From: a virus | Direction: 5' to 3' (one strand) | Length of the DNA stretch: 46,835 bases | Virus record (IMG/VR): IMGVR_UViG_3300028831_000183 | Location: 1-46,835 of that record | In this document: one piece after another, positions 24,343 to 31,992 of the stretch | How positions within the stretch are numbered: the stretch's first letter is position 1 | Layout of the letters: each line of letters opens with the position of its first letter | Notes under the pieces: model-generated | What the model was told of the DNA's origin: nothing | What the model saw: only the letters and a program-made list of their open reading frames with translations | Databases searched by the model: none | Position numbers and translations under genes: made by a program

Positions 24343-26969
24343 TAGAGCCAAAAGCGCCGTACGCTGATTGCGTCCATTGCCCACTAGCCGATCGCCCTTG
24401 TGTGCCTTCGCACCTGCCCCCAGGTGCGTTTGTGCTGGTCGTAGGGGAAGCCCCAGGTGCAACCGAGGTACAGATGGGCCAGCCGTTTGTCGGACCTTCT
24501 GGGCAGCTTCTAGACCACATAGCGCGGTATGCAGGTATCGATCCTGCGTCAATCGGTCGTACAAATGCTGTGCTCTGTCGGCCGGCTGGAAATGCCGATC
24601 CGCCCGACAGTGCCGTAACAGCATGCGCGCCGCGCTTGGCACATGAGATAAATAGCGTATCTCCGCACGTTATTGTGCCGATGGGGAATATCGCGCTTGC
24701 TGCTGTTGATCGTCTCTCGCACGCTACAGCACATCTGCATGGATCGATCACGTCTAGGCGCGGAAAGTGGTACACTATAGCGCACTTCGATGTGCTGCCC
24801 GCGTATCACCCGGCATATGTGCTGCGTTCGCCGCAATATTTCCAAGATATGCTTAGTGACTTTCGCAAAGTGAGCAACCGTGTAAATCAGCGTGTAACTA
24901 AACCATTTAACACAAAGGACGTACGATATATCCCCTGCGATGCGTCAAATAAACATCGTGTGATTGAATACCTCAATCGCATGCCGGAAGGTGCAATACT
25001 TGCTTTCGACGTGGAAAGCGATCACCTGCAATGGTACGATACGCCAGCACAAGACGCTGCACAGGTACTAGCGCTTGGCGTGGCATGGCGACCTAACCAA
25101 GTAGTTGTCATTCCATTTGAGTTCATACTACATGCCAATCACTACGATGTATATCAAGCAGTGCAATCGGCGTTCGATCGTGGTAAACCTATTGCACACA
25201 ACGGTAAATTTGATCAACACAATCTAGATCATGGCGATATTAGCGTCACGCTTGCGTATGACACAATGCTAGCGCATTACGTGTTAGACGAAACAGGGAA
25301 GCATGGATTAAAAGGGCTTGTACAAGATTGGCTCGAATGCGAAGATGACTACGAATACAGATTGATCACGTCGTGGTTTGAGGAAAACAAAATCAAAAAA
25401 GAGGATCGCCGTTACGGACTAGTCCCAAAAGATCGCTTATATGAATATCTCGCAATCGACGTTGCTGCTACACTTGCACTTTGGCCGCTATTTAAGGCTC
25501 AATTGGAGCAAGAGCAATTGCTTGATTGGCCTTTCCTTAACGTTTTAACGCCAGTTGCAAACGCGATTGCTCATGTAGAGCAAAACGGCATCATGGTAGA
25601 CAAGCCCTATCTTGAAAAGGTAGGAGCACACGTAGATACTAAGATAGTAGAGCAAGCACAGACGATCCATGCAATAGTACAAGAGCGTTTATTGCTGTGG
25701 TTGCAAGCAGGTAACATTGTTGTACCTAAAGCAGATTGGATCAAGGATCGCACTACGTACGCGCGGTGTATCAGTCGCATGCGCAACGATTTCAATCCAG
25801 GATCGTGGCAGCAGGTACAAGTATTCCTGTACGATGTATTAAAACTGAGACATACAGCACGGCTCGGATATAAGACCGACGCGCGATCAACGCAGGAAGA
25901 AAATCTGCTTTCGCTCAAACCAAACGATACAAGCGGCTTTATTGATGCGCTCATGCACTATCGACGCTTGGAAAAGATACGAGGCACATACGTTAACAAA
26001 CTATTAGCAATGGCGGATATTGACGATCGCGTGCATATCAATTACCTCATTCATGGAACTGAGATCGGTCGATTGAGTGCAACAGATGCTCTGCATGGTA
26101 TTCCACGGCCGGGTGACGATGAATACGGCGCTGCTATTCGTGGCGCATTTATCGCGCGGCCAGGTCATGTATTGGTGATCGCGGATTTCTCACAAGCGGA
26201 GTTGCGGGTTTTTGCTGCCATGAGCAAAGAGCCGTTCTTGCTTTCGATATTCAACGAAAATCGCGATCCGCACGGGGAAGCATGCAAAATGCTATTTGAG
26301 GGCAACCAGCTTGTAGATGACGCAGCATACGATATGCTTACGCAGTCCTGGTACTGGCCTGACGACAAGCGTTATCAAGGCGTAAGAGACATTAGCAGCT
26401 ATTGGAAAGAACGACGTACGACCGCGAAAAATGTGGTTTTTGGAGGGCTTGTCTATCTAGGGGGGCCAAACGGGATCGCCGGCATGCTGGGGGGCAAGCT
26501 TACTGCTGCGCAAATCAAGCCAGTTTTGGATCGCATGCTTGCTCGTATGCCTACGGCTCGAAACTGGCAACAAGAGCAGTTCCGTTTTGCACGCTCACAC
26601 GGTTACGTGCAATCGCGTTTCGGTCGAAAGCGGCGATTTCCGATCATCACAGATGATAACTTTGACGAAATACGGAAAGCATCGGTACATATGCCGGTCG
26701 CTAGCGGTGCGAGCGATCTAACGTTGCTTTCGATTGTCGAATTAGACGCAGCCGGCTACAAGGTATGCGGCACATGGCACGACAGTATCATTTGCGAAGT
26801 GCCGATCGCACAAGCTGAAAGGTGTGCAAATTTTATGCTCAATACCATGACACACCTGGGAGAATATTGGTTTCCAGAGGTTGCATGGAAGGCTGATATT
26901 GAACGTCTTGCAGATGGTAGCTTTCCTACGCGCTGGTACTCAAAAATTCCCGATTTTACTATATCGTGA
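24339..26969 (+). CDS. Family 4 UDG-like domain fused to a family A DNA polymerase with 3'-5' exonuclease
   Basis: 876 aa. UDG part: CVHC, GEAPG...PFVGPSG, HPAYVLR. Exonuclease part: AFDVESD. PolA motifs: DFSQAELRV (A), RRTAKNVVFGGLVYLG (B), WHDSIICEV (C). Confidence 0.85.
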   Translation: MIEPKAPYADCVHCPLADRPCVPSHLPPGAFVLVVGEAPGATEVQMGQPFVGPSGQLLDHIARYAGIDPASIGRTNAVLCRPAGNADPPDSAVTACAPRLAHEINSVSPHVIVPMGNIALAAVDRLSHATAHLHGSITSRRGKWYTIAHFDVLPAYHPAYVLRSPQYFQDMLSDFRKVSNRVNQRVTKPFNTKDVRYIPCDASNKHRVIEYLNRMPEGAILAFDVESDHLQWYDTPAQDAAQVLALGVAWRPNQVVVIPFEFILHANHYDVYQAVQSAFDRGKPIAHNGKFDQHNLDHGDISVTLAYDTMLAHYVLDETGKHGLKGLVQDWLECEDDYEYRLITSWFEENKIKKEDRRYGLVPKDRLYEYLAIDVAATLALWPLFKAQLEQEQLLDWPFLNVLTPVANAIAHVEQNGIMVDKPYLEKVGAHVDTKIVEQAQTIHAIVQERLLLWLQAGNIVVPKADWIKDRTTYARCISRMRNDFNPGSWQQVQVFLYDVLKLRHTARLGYKTDARSTQEENLLSLKPNDTSGFIDALMHYRRLEKIRGTYVNKLLAMADIDDRVHINYLIHGTEIGRLSATDALHGIPRPGDDEYGAAIRGAFIARPGHVLVIADFSQAELRVFAAMSKEPFLLSIFNENRDPHGEACKMLFEGNQLVDDAAYDMLTQSWYWPDDKRYQGVRDISSYWKERRTTAKNVVFGGLVYLGGPNGIAGMLGGKLTAAQIKPVLDRMLARMPTARNWQQEQFRFARSHGYVQSRFGRKRRFPIITDDNFDEIRKASVHMPVASGASDLTLLSIVELDAAGYKVCGTWHDSIICEVPIAQAERCANFMLNTMTHLGEYWFPEVAWKADIERLADGSFPTRWYSKIPDFTIS

Positions 26970-27039
26970 AAAGACGATATTGCAACACGAAAACACATCG
27001 AAAAAATACTAGACAAAATCTACCTACCTGTGTTATACT
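26959..27039 (+). promoter_or_regulatory. Hairpin + class B promoter cassette, copy A
   Basis: The 24-nt ctatatcgtgaaaagacgatattg (26959-26982) is identical to 45477-45500 and forms a 7-bp hairpin. After 30 nt comes TAGACA (27010-27015), then N18, then TGtTATACT (27031-27039). Confidence 0.6.
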
Positions 27040-27082
27040 TGCGTTGCAAGGCTCGATAGGTTAGGCGAAAGGGTAAACTATC

Positions 27083-27469
27083 ATGAAGATCATCGCAACG
27101 CTTGGTAACGAGAGCCACACGTCAAGCATGAGCCGCGTTTACGCTAAAATCGGATCGGAGTACTTAGGCTACAGGCAAGCAAAGGCGCAAGAGCGCTTGC
27201 AGCATGATAAGCATCACTCTTGGGATCGGTTCGAGTTTGACTTGCCGGAAAGTACCGTCATAGAATTAACTGTGAAAGGCCAGGACGGCAATCGCGGCGC
27301 AAACCAGTATCGGTATATTGCACGGCTCCGCGTCGATAGTACTGCTGACGTGATTGAGGTTCGCGAGTACGCCGGGCCGGCTGGAGATAGGCCATGGCTG
27401 AAAGGTCGTCTATCGCTTGTTAGTGCGACGGCCGGGCAAACGCACGTAGACACAAATAGCGGCTTTTAA
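27083..27469 (+). CDS. Hypothetical protein
   Basis: 128-aa ORF, the first gene after the 27010 promoter. Confidence 0.5.
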   Translation: MKIIATLGNESHTSSMSRVYAKIGSEYLGYRQAKAQERLQHDKHHSWDRFEFDLPESTVIELTVKGQDGNRGANQYRYIARLRVDSTADVIEVREYAGPAGDRPWLKGRLSLVSATAGQTHVDTNSGF

Positions 27470-27508
27470 TTGTCCCGCCGTGCGGCGGGCAGGAAAGGAA
27501 ATGAGACA

Positions 27509-27790
27509 ATGGGTATCGAACAAGAGATCGCCGAACTAGAACAAGAGATCGCGCGGCTGTCGGAACGGGGAGAGGAGGGCTATTACGCCGTGGTGCGCTA
27601 CGGAACATCTGGCCTCGGAAGCTCCTACGGCTATGCTGAGGTTGTAGAGGTTGTAAGTGGACAACCAAAACCAAAAGAGGACCGAACCACAACGGTAAGC
27701 GGCCCGCATAGCAGGCAAGAGGCTGAGGCCATTGCGATAGACTGGGAAAGCGTCTGCGCAGCCTACCGTGCTTCGCAGGATAGGCGGTAA
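27509..27790 (+). CDS. Hypothetical protein with an N-terminal coiled coil
   Basis: 93 aa from the ATG with an AGGAAAGGAAA RBS. The track start at 27470 is a TTG. Confidence 0.45.
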   Translation: MGIEQEIAELEQEIARLSERGEEGYYAVVRYGTSGLGSSYGYAEVVEVVSGQPKPKEDRTTTVSGPHSRQEAEAIAIDWESVCAAYRASQDRR

Positions 27791-27802
27791 CACGGTTTAT
27801 TC

Positions 27803-27832
27803 AGGCCCCGGCGATCCCTTTCGCCGGGGCCT
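27803..27832. terminator. Bidirectional terminator hairpin between the convergent early and late arms
   Basis: 12-bp GC-rich perfect stem, aggccccggcga (27803-27814) with tcgccggggcct (27821-27832). Lies between the plus stop at 27790 and the minus stop at 27855. Confidence 0.7.
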
Positions 27833-27854
27833 TTATGCTGTAATAAAGCGGCTA

Positions 27855-28346
27855 CTATGTGATTAGCCGATCGATCCAAAATTCAGGTGAGTAATTTCCA
27901 GCGGCGGTAACGTTCAAGTTACCGCCGCTGTTTTGGAATACAACAAGCTCCGCATAATCTCCAGCTGTAAAAAAATAATCCGCTGTTACCTGCATAATAG
28001 ATACTTCCGTAGCGTGACTAACAGGATAGAGTACGAGCGCTAGTATCGTTGTGTTATTTAACACAATACGCGCTTGTCGCGATCCTGTTGCATTTGCCGC
28101 CCAAGCTATCGTGCCTGTTACGCGATAGTAGCCATCAAACGGGATTGTAAGACGCGACGTATTGCTAACAGTCGAATGAAATGCATCTGTGTCATATCGT
28201 TCGCTGTTAAATGTCAGCGCTGTAAGCGTTGCGGTTGTGATCGCAATATTCGCGCTGTTATAGACGCGCGCTCGTATGCCGCGTGGTACACTTACGGATT
28301 TTAATTCTTGTATGCGCTGATGTGCGGCGCTAATACTTGGCAGCAT
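27855..28346 (-). CDS. Putative receptor-binding tip protein with a C1q/TNF-like jelly-roll
   Basis: 163 aa, the last gene of the tail module. LTFNSERYDTDAFHS...RLTIPFDGYYRVTG resembles the C1q-domain pattern (FdxxxxNxGxxyd..tGxFtxPxxGxYxf). Confidence 0.4.
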   Translation of the reverse strand: MLPSISAAHQRIQELKSVSVPRGIRARVYNSANIAITTATLTALTFNSERYDTDAFHSTVSNTSRLTIPFDGYYRVTGTIAWAANATGSRQARIVLNNTTILALVLYPVSHATEVSIMQVTADYFFTAGDYAELVVFQNSGGNLNVTAAGNYSPEFWIDRLIT

Positions 28347-29485
28347 TATATATCTAGCATAGACACAGATACTTCTTCTTTACTGTCATGGTAAGTAAAT
28401 ATAATTTCATCAACATATTGCGCTACAGACACACCTGCAAAAACAGCTTTTACCTTATCACCTAAAAAGTAATCACGTTCTACTTGCGTTTTTTCTGTTT
28501 GGATCACGTCATACTGCAATACAGATCGATACCGCACTTCCTCTAGTTTAATTGCGCCTAATCCATCAAGGATCGTTGTATCTGTTCCGCTATTGCGCGC
28601 ATCAACAAACATTTCCATTCGATTTGTGCTACTGTAGTTTGTGCCATGTACTGCACGTTCTATGCGCGTCGGTCCGTCACCAGCGCCCCCTACAAACGCC
28701 ACTGTTCGCTCTTTCGAGCGTTCCATTGCAAGATGTGGATTACCCATATTATTATTTTCAACTGAAAAAATAACAGCGCTTGATCCTGTTGATCGGTCTG
28801 TATTTGCAATCCAATCGAAGCGAAACGTAGTAGCACCTGTGCGTGTTACCTTGAAATCGCCGCCAGCTGATGCAACGATCTTCTTTAATGCGTCAAGTAA
28901 ATTTTGATGAGAGATTTCAATCGAAAGCGTATTCCCACGTGCGCTATCGGTTTCGATCGAAAATCCTGTCATGGCACCGTCCTCTTTACGTCCGTTCGAT
29001 GCAAGTGAATTAGCGCCTAGATTTGTATCAACAAGCGTCTTTAGGATCGTTTCAGCTTTCGCTGCCGTGAATTTTGTGTAATTCGGCTTGCCAGCATAGT
29101 AATCTATATCGCGCCACATCAAAAAATGCTCGTAAGAAAATGCACGAGCTGTAAACGTCATTGGTTTGCGTGATTGTGTATCCCATTTAACGAATGCATC
29201 ACGGTATACGCCGTCGAATGATGTGTATTCTGCTATTCCACGTGAAAAGTCCGATCGGATAACCTCAATCTGATCTTTGTCGCTCAGTAGCGCAACATCA
29301 GGGTGATTATAGTTAAGTACAAAATCACACTGATGTACATCGTTGCGCTTCTTTCTCCACACAAGTGAGAGAAATCCATTATCGGCACTTTCGCCGGACG
29401 GAATATTGCGTCCCGCAGCTGTGATAATGGATTTTAATGCGCCCGTTGTACCGTTCTTGATTTTTATGTATGCTTCAGCTGCCAT
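28346..29485 (-). CDS. Tail/baseplate-associated protein (Sipho_Gp37-like by position)
   Basis: 379 aa, translationally coupled on both sides within the distal tail module. Confidence 0.45.
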   Translation of the reverse strand: MAAEAYIKIKNGTTGALKSIITAAGRNIPSGESADNGFLSLVWRKKRNDVHQCDFVLNYNHPDVALLSDKDQIEVIRSDFSRGIAEYTSFDGVYRDAFVKWDTQSRKPMTFTARAFSYEHFLMWRDIDYYAGKPNYTKFTAAKAETILKTLVDTNLGANSLASNGRKEDGAMTGFSIETDSARGNTLSIEISHQNLLDALKKIVASAGGDFKVTRTGATTFRFDWIANTDRSTGSSAVIFSVENNNMGNPHLAMERSKERTVAFVGGAGDGPTRIERAVHGTNYSSTNRMEMFVDARNSGTDTTILDGLGAIKLEEVRYRSVLQYDVIQTEKTQVERDYFLGDKVKAVFAGVSVAQYVDEIIFTYHDSKEEVSVSMLDI

Positions 29486-29985
29486 TAGCCTTGTGGATTG
29501 TTACTAACGTCAATTATTGGAAGATATGTACATTTAGTGCCATCTGTTATTGGTACCTGAATGACCGCTTCAGAATGCCGATTAGGCAAATCAGCAGCGA
29601 TATGTAATGCAATTGACGGATCGCATTTTGCAAGATTTGGTGCTTGCAATTGCACAAACATTGATACGGGGTACCCTACTTTAATAGGTATTTGGCAATC
29701 TAACTTTACAAGACTGGGGACACAATCGACAGGACCTAATGACGTGTCTTGCAAAATACCTGCAACATCTAATCGTACCCACGGCTCTGCTGTTGCAACG
29801 AGATGCATCGTTTCTGTAACCTCCGACGTACTATAAATATCAGCTACGTATGTTACTTCCTGATATGCAACAACTTGTCTAGGCTCTGCATGGCCGATAA
29901 TATTTAACACCGGTGCGGTTTCTTGTGCATGCGCTATAGTTGCGCATACTAGTACTAAGATAGCCAAGATCGTAAACTGTCTCAT
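29485..29985 (-). CDS. Hypothetical secreted protein (N-terminal signal peptide) inside the tail module
   Basis: 166 aa. MRQFTILAILVLVCATIAHA/QE looks like a Sec signal with an AxA cleavage site. Confidence 0.5.
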   Translation of the reverse strand: MRQFTILAILVLVCATIAHAQETAPVLNIIGHAEPRQVVAYQEVTYVADIYSTSEVTETMHLVATAEPWVRLDVAGILQDTSLGPVDCVPSLVKLDCQIPIKVGYPVSMFVQLQAPNLAKCDPSIALHIAADLPNRHSEAVIQVPITDGTKCTYLPIIDVSNNPQG

Positions 29986-29986
29986 G

Positions 29987-31090
29987 TTATTCAGGTCCTA
30001 TTGCTAACCAATCAAAAATAGCTTCCCCTGTAGCGGTAGGAAATCCACCGATAGGATTAACTTGACAGAAGAATTGATTTGCCGTATTCACATTGACAAT
30101 ATAATTCATTGGTTGATCGACTGTACAGTAACTTAAACCCCAAACAACGAGAGGTTCACCGCCAAATACCACAGGAAGATTGACAGTTGTTGATCCCGAA
30201 CCGCCAGATAGCACAACACGTGTTACTCCCGTTTGGAAACGTACATTTGTGGGCGTATATATAGTAGTGCCATATTGGCTCCAATCAGTAGCATCACCAC
30301 CAATACGACGAATTAACGCAGGTACACGATTGCCTACTTTCGTATCGTCTACGCTATCGGCGGCAAGCATTGCTAGCGTAATACCTAATGCTTTTACACG
30401 TAGCGTGTCGCTATTGATTTCAATTGAGCTATTATCGACGTTAACGGAAAGTGCAGTACCAGCTCCGCCAGCTAGGCCATTACCTGCTACTGCCGCCGCG
30501 AGTTTGGCAGCTGTTACACCTGCGTCCTTAATGCGCATAGAGCCGCTTGCAACTTCGAGTGTACTTGCATCTGCTGCCGTTGTATCGAGCATGCTTCCGG
30601 TGACAATTGTTCCGATACTCAAGTACACGCGCGCATCTGTAAGCGCAATCACGCCGCCTATTGTGATTGTACCTGTCGCTAGCGTAATCTCCCACGTAGT
30701 ACCGGCTGTTTGCGTTGCTGCTGGAATTGCAGCAACGCCGTCGCTATTCTTAACAACAACTGCCCTGACCGTCTGTGCTGCCCATGACGCGCGCAAAACG
30801 ACACGAAAGCCTGTCGTGCCAAGCGTAGGTGTTGTGATCGTCAACGGCAATGACGCCGTGTTTTTATAAAAAAAGCCATAGACAAACGCGGCGCCAGTAT
30901 CTACCGCGATCGGGCTAGCAGTCCCGGTTACAACAAGCTTGTTTCCTTTGCGTGGAATAACGCCGGCTGTCGTTTCGTTATCCGGCAAGTAGAAGTAACG
31001 GTGGTAATCAACCCAATTCGCTTGTGTATATCCACCGCTGGGACCATCGCCGGTACCAGTAGTGTTCCATAGCATGCTATCTTCGGCCAT
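29987..31090 (-). CDS. Tail fibre / tail spike-like protein
   Basis: 367 aa, Gly/Thr/Ala/Val-rich with beta-rich repeats. Lies between Dit and the distal tail proteins. Confidence 0.5.
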   Translation of the reverse strand: MAEDSMLWNTTGTGDGPSGGYTQANWVDYHRYFYLPDNETTAGVIPRKGNKLVVTGTASPIAVDTGAAFVYGFFYKNTASLPLTITTPTLGTTGFRVVLRASWAAQTVRAVVVKNSDGVAAIPAATQTAGTTWEITLATGTITIGGVIALTDARVYLSIGTIVTGSMLDTTAADASTLEVASGSMRIKDAGVTAAKLAAAVAGNGLAGGAGTALSVNVDNSSIEINSDTLRVKALGITLAMLAADSVDDTKVGNRVPALIRRIGGDATDWSQYGTTIYTPTNVRFQTGVTRVVLSGGSGSTTVNLPVVFGGEPLVVWGLSYCTVDQPMNYIVNVNTANQFFCQVNPIGGFPTATGEAIFDWLAIGPE

Positions 31091-31099
31091 GATGTACTC

Positions 31100-31987
31100 C
31101 TAAATACCGGCGTACCGATCGTAATATTGCATATATGCAGATGTTGCGCTATTTACACTTGATCCCGTTACCTGAATTGTATTGATCCCATGTGTAGCTA
31201 TAGGGTTCGCTTCTATCGCGAACGTAGCTAGTTGACTGTCAGTTGTCACTTCACCTGTGCGTAGATCAGTTGTTACGCCATCTTTGTACACAAACTTGCG
31301 TCCGTAGCGTAGATCGATCGTGTAATAGTGTGCATTTGCAATTGTTATGCCAGTAAGATCGATTTTCCTTCCAGTTGTTGTATTTGTGATCTTTGGATCG
31401 GTAATAGGGCCATTTATCACAATTAACGGGAATTCACGATATGTGCCGGCATACGTTAACACAACGGTCTGATTTAGCGTACTAGTTCCTACCGGGGTAG
31501 GAACAGGTGTCGGAACGGTGAATGCACTTCCCCCAGCCGCAAGAGCAAACGGAATGATATTTTGTACGGGATTGTACCATAAAGGATCAGGGCAACGTAA
31601 CGCAACGCCGGCTTTAAGCAGTTGTTCACTTACGAGATCGCGTCGCAAACCTGTATTACCCAAACAACGCGCAACGATTTCATATACTTTTCCGTTGTTA
31701 TACGTTATTCGTAGCTTGCCAAGCTGACTACTAGGCGCAAACATCGCATTAAATAGTGCCCTATTTGTTTCATGCGGAAATGCCGCTTTCGTACGTGCTT
31801 GAATAACCATTTGTATAACGCGCGGCTCTAGACGCATATCACGGTCTGTGTCACCGTCTTGTAGCGGTCCCTGCTCTGTAATAGGAGTAACGGCGGTATT
31901 ATCAATACCATCGATAGATACAACCTCGAAAGGCGAACTATCACTTAATTCATACGTGTCAACGCCGTAAACCCATTGATACTGCAC
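31100..31987 (-). CDS. Distal tail protein (Dit, Sipho_tail-like)
   Basis: 295 aa, immediately downstream of the tape measure gene, the canonical Dit position in siphoviruses. Confidence 0.6.
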   Translation of the reverse strand: MQYQWVYGVDTYELSDSSPFEVVSIDGIDNTAVTPITEQGPLQDGDTDRDMRLEPRVIQMVIQARTKAAFPHETNRALFNAMFAPSSQLGKLRITYNNGKVYEIVARCLGNTGLRRDLVSEQLLKAGVALRCPDPLWYNPVQNIIPFALAAGGSAFTVPTPVPTPVGTSTLNQTVVLTYAGTYREFPLIVINGPITDPKITNTTTGRKIDLTGITIANAHYYTIDLRYGRKFVYKDGVTTDLRTGEVTTDSQLATFAIEANPIATHGINTIQVTGSSVNSATSAYMQYYDRYAGI

Positions 31988-31992
31988 AGTCG

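Noticed and set aside
24217-24845. Minus-strand ORFs of 98-150 aa opposite the 5' part of the DNA polymerase gene.
   Set aside because: They overlap the UDG domain, whose motifs are unambiguous on the plus strand. The translations are Arg/Ala/Cys-rich junk typical of antisense frames.
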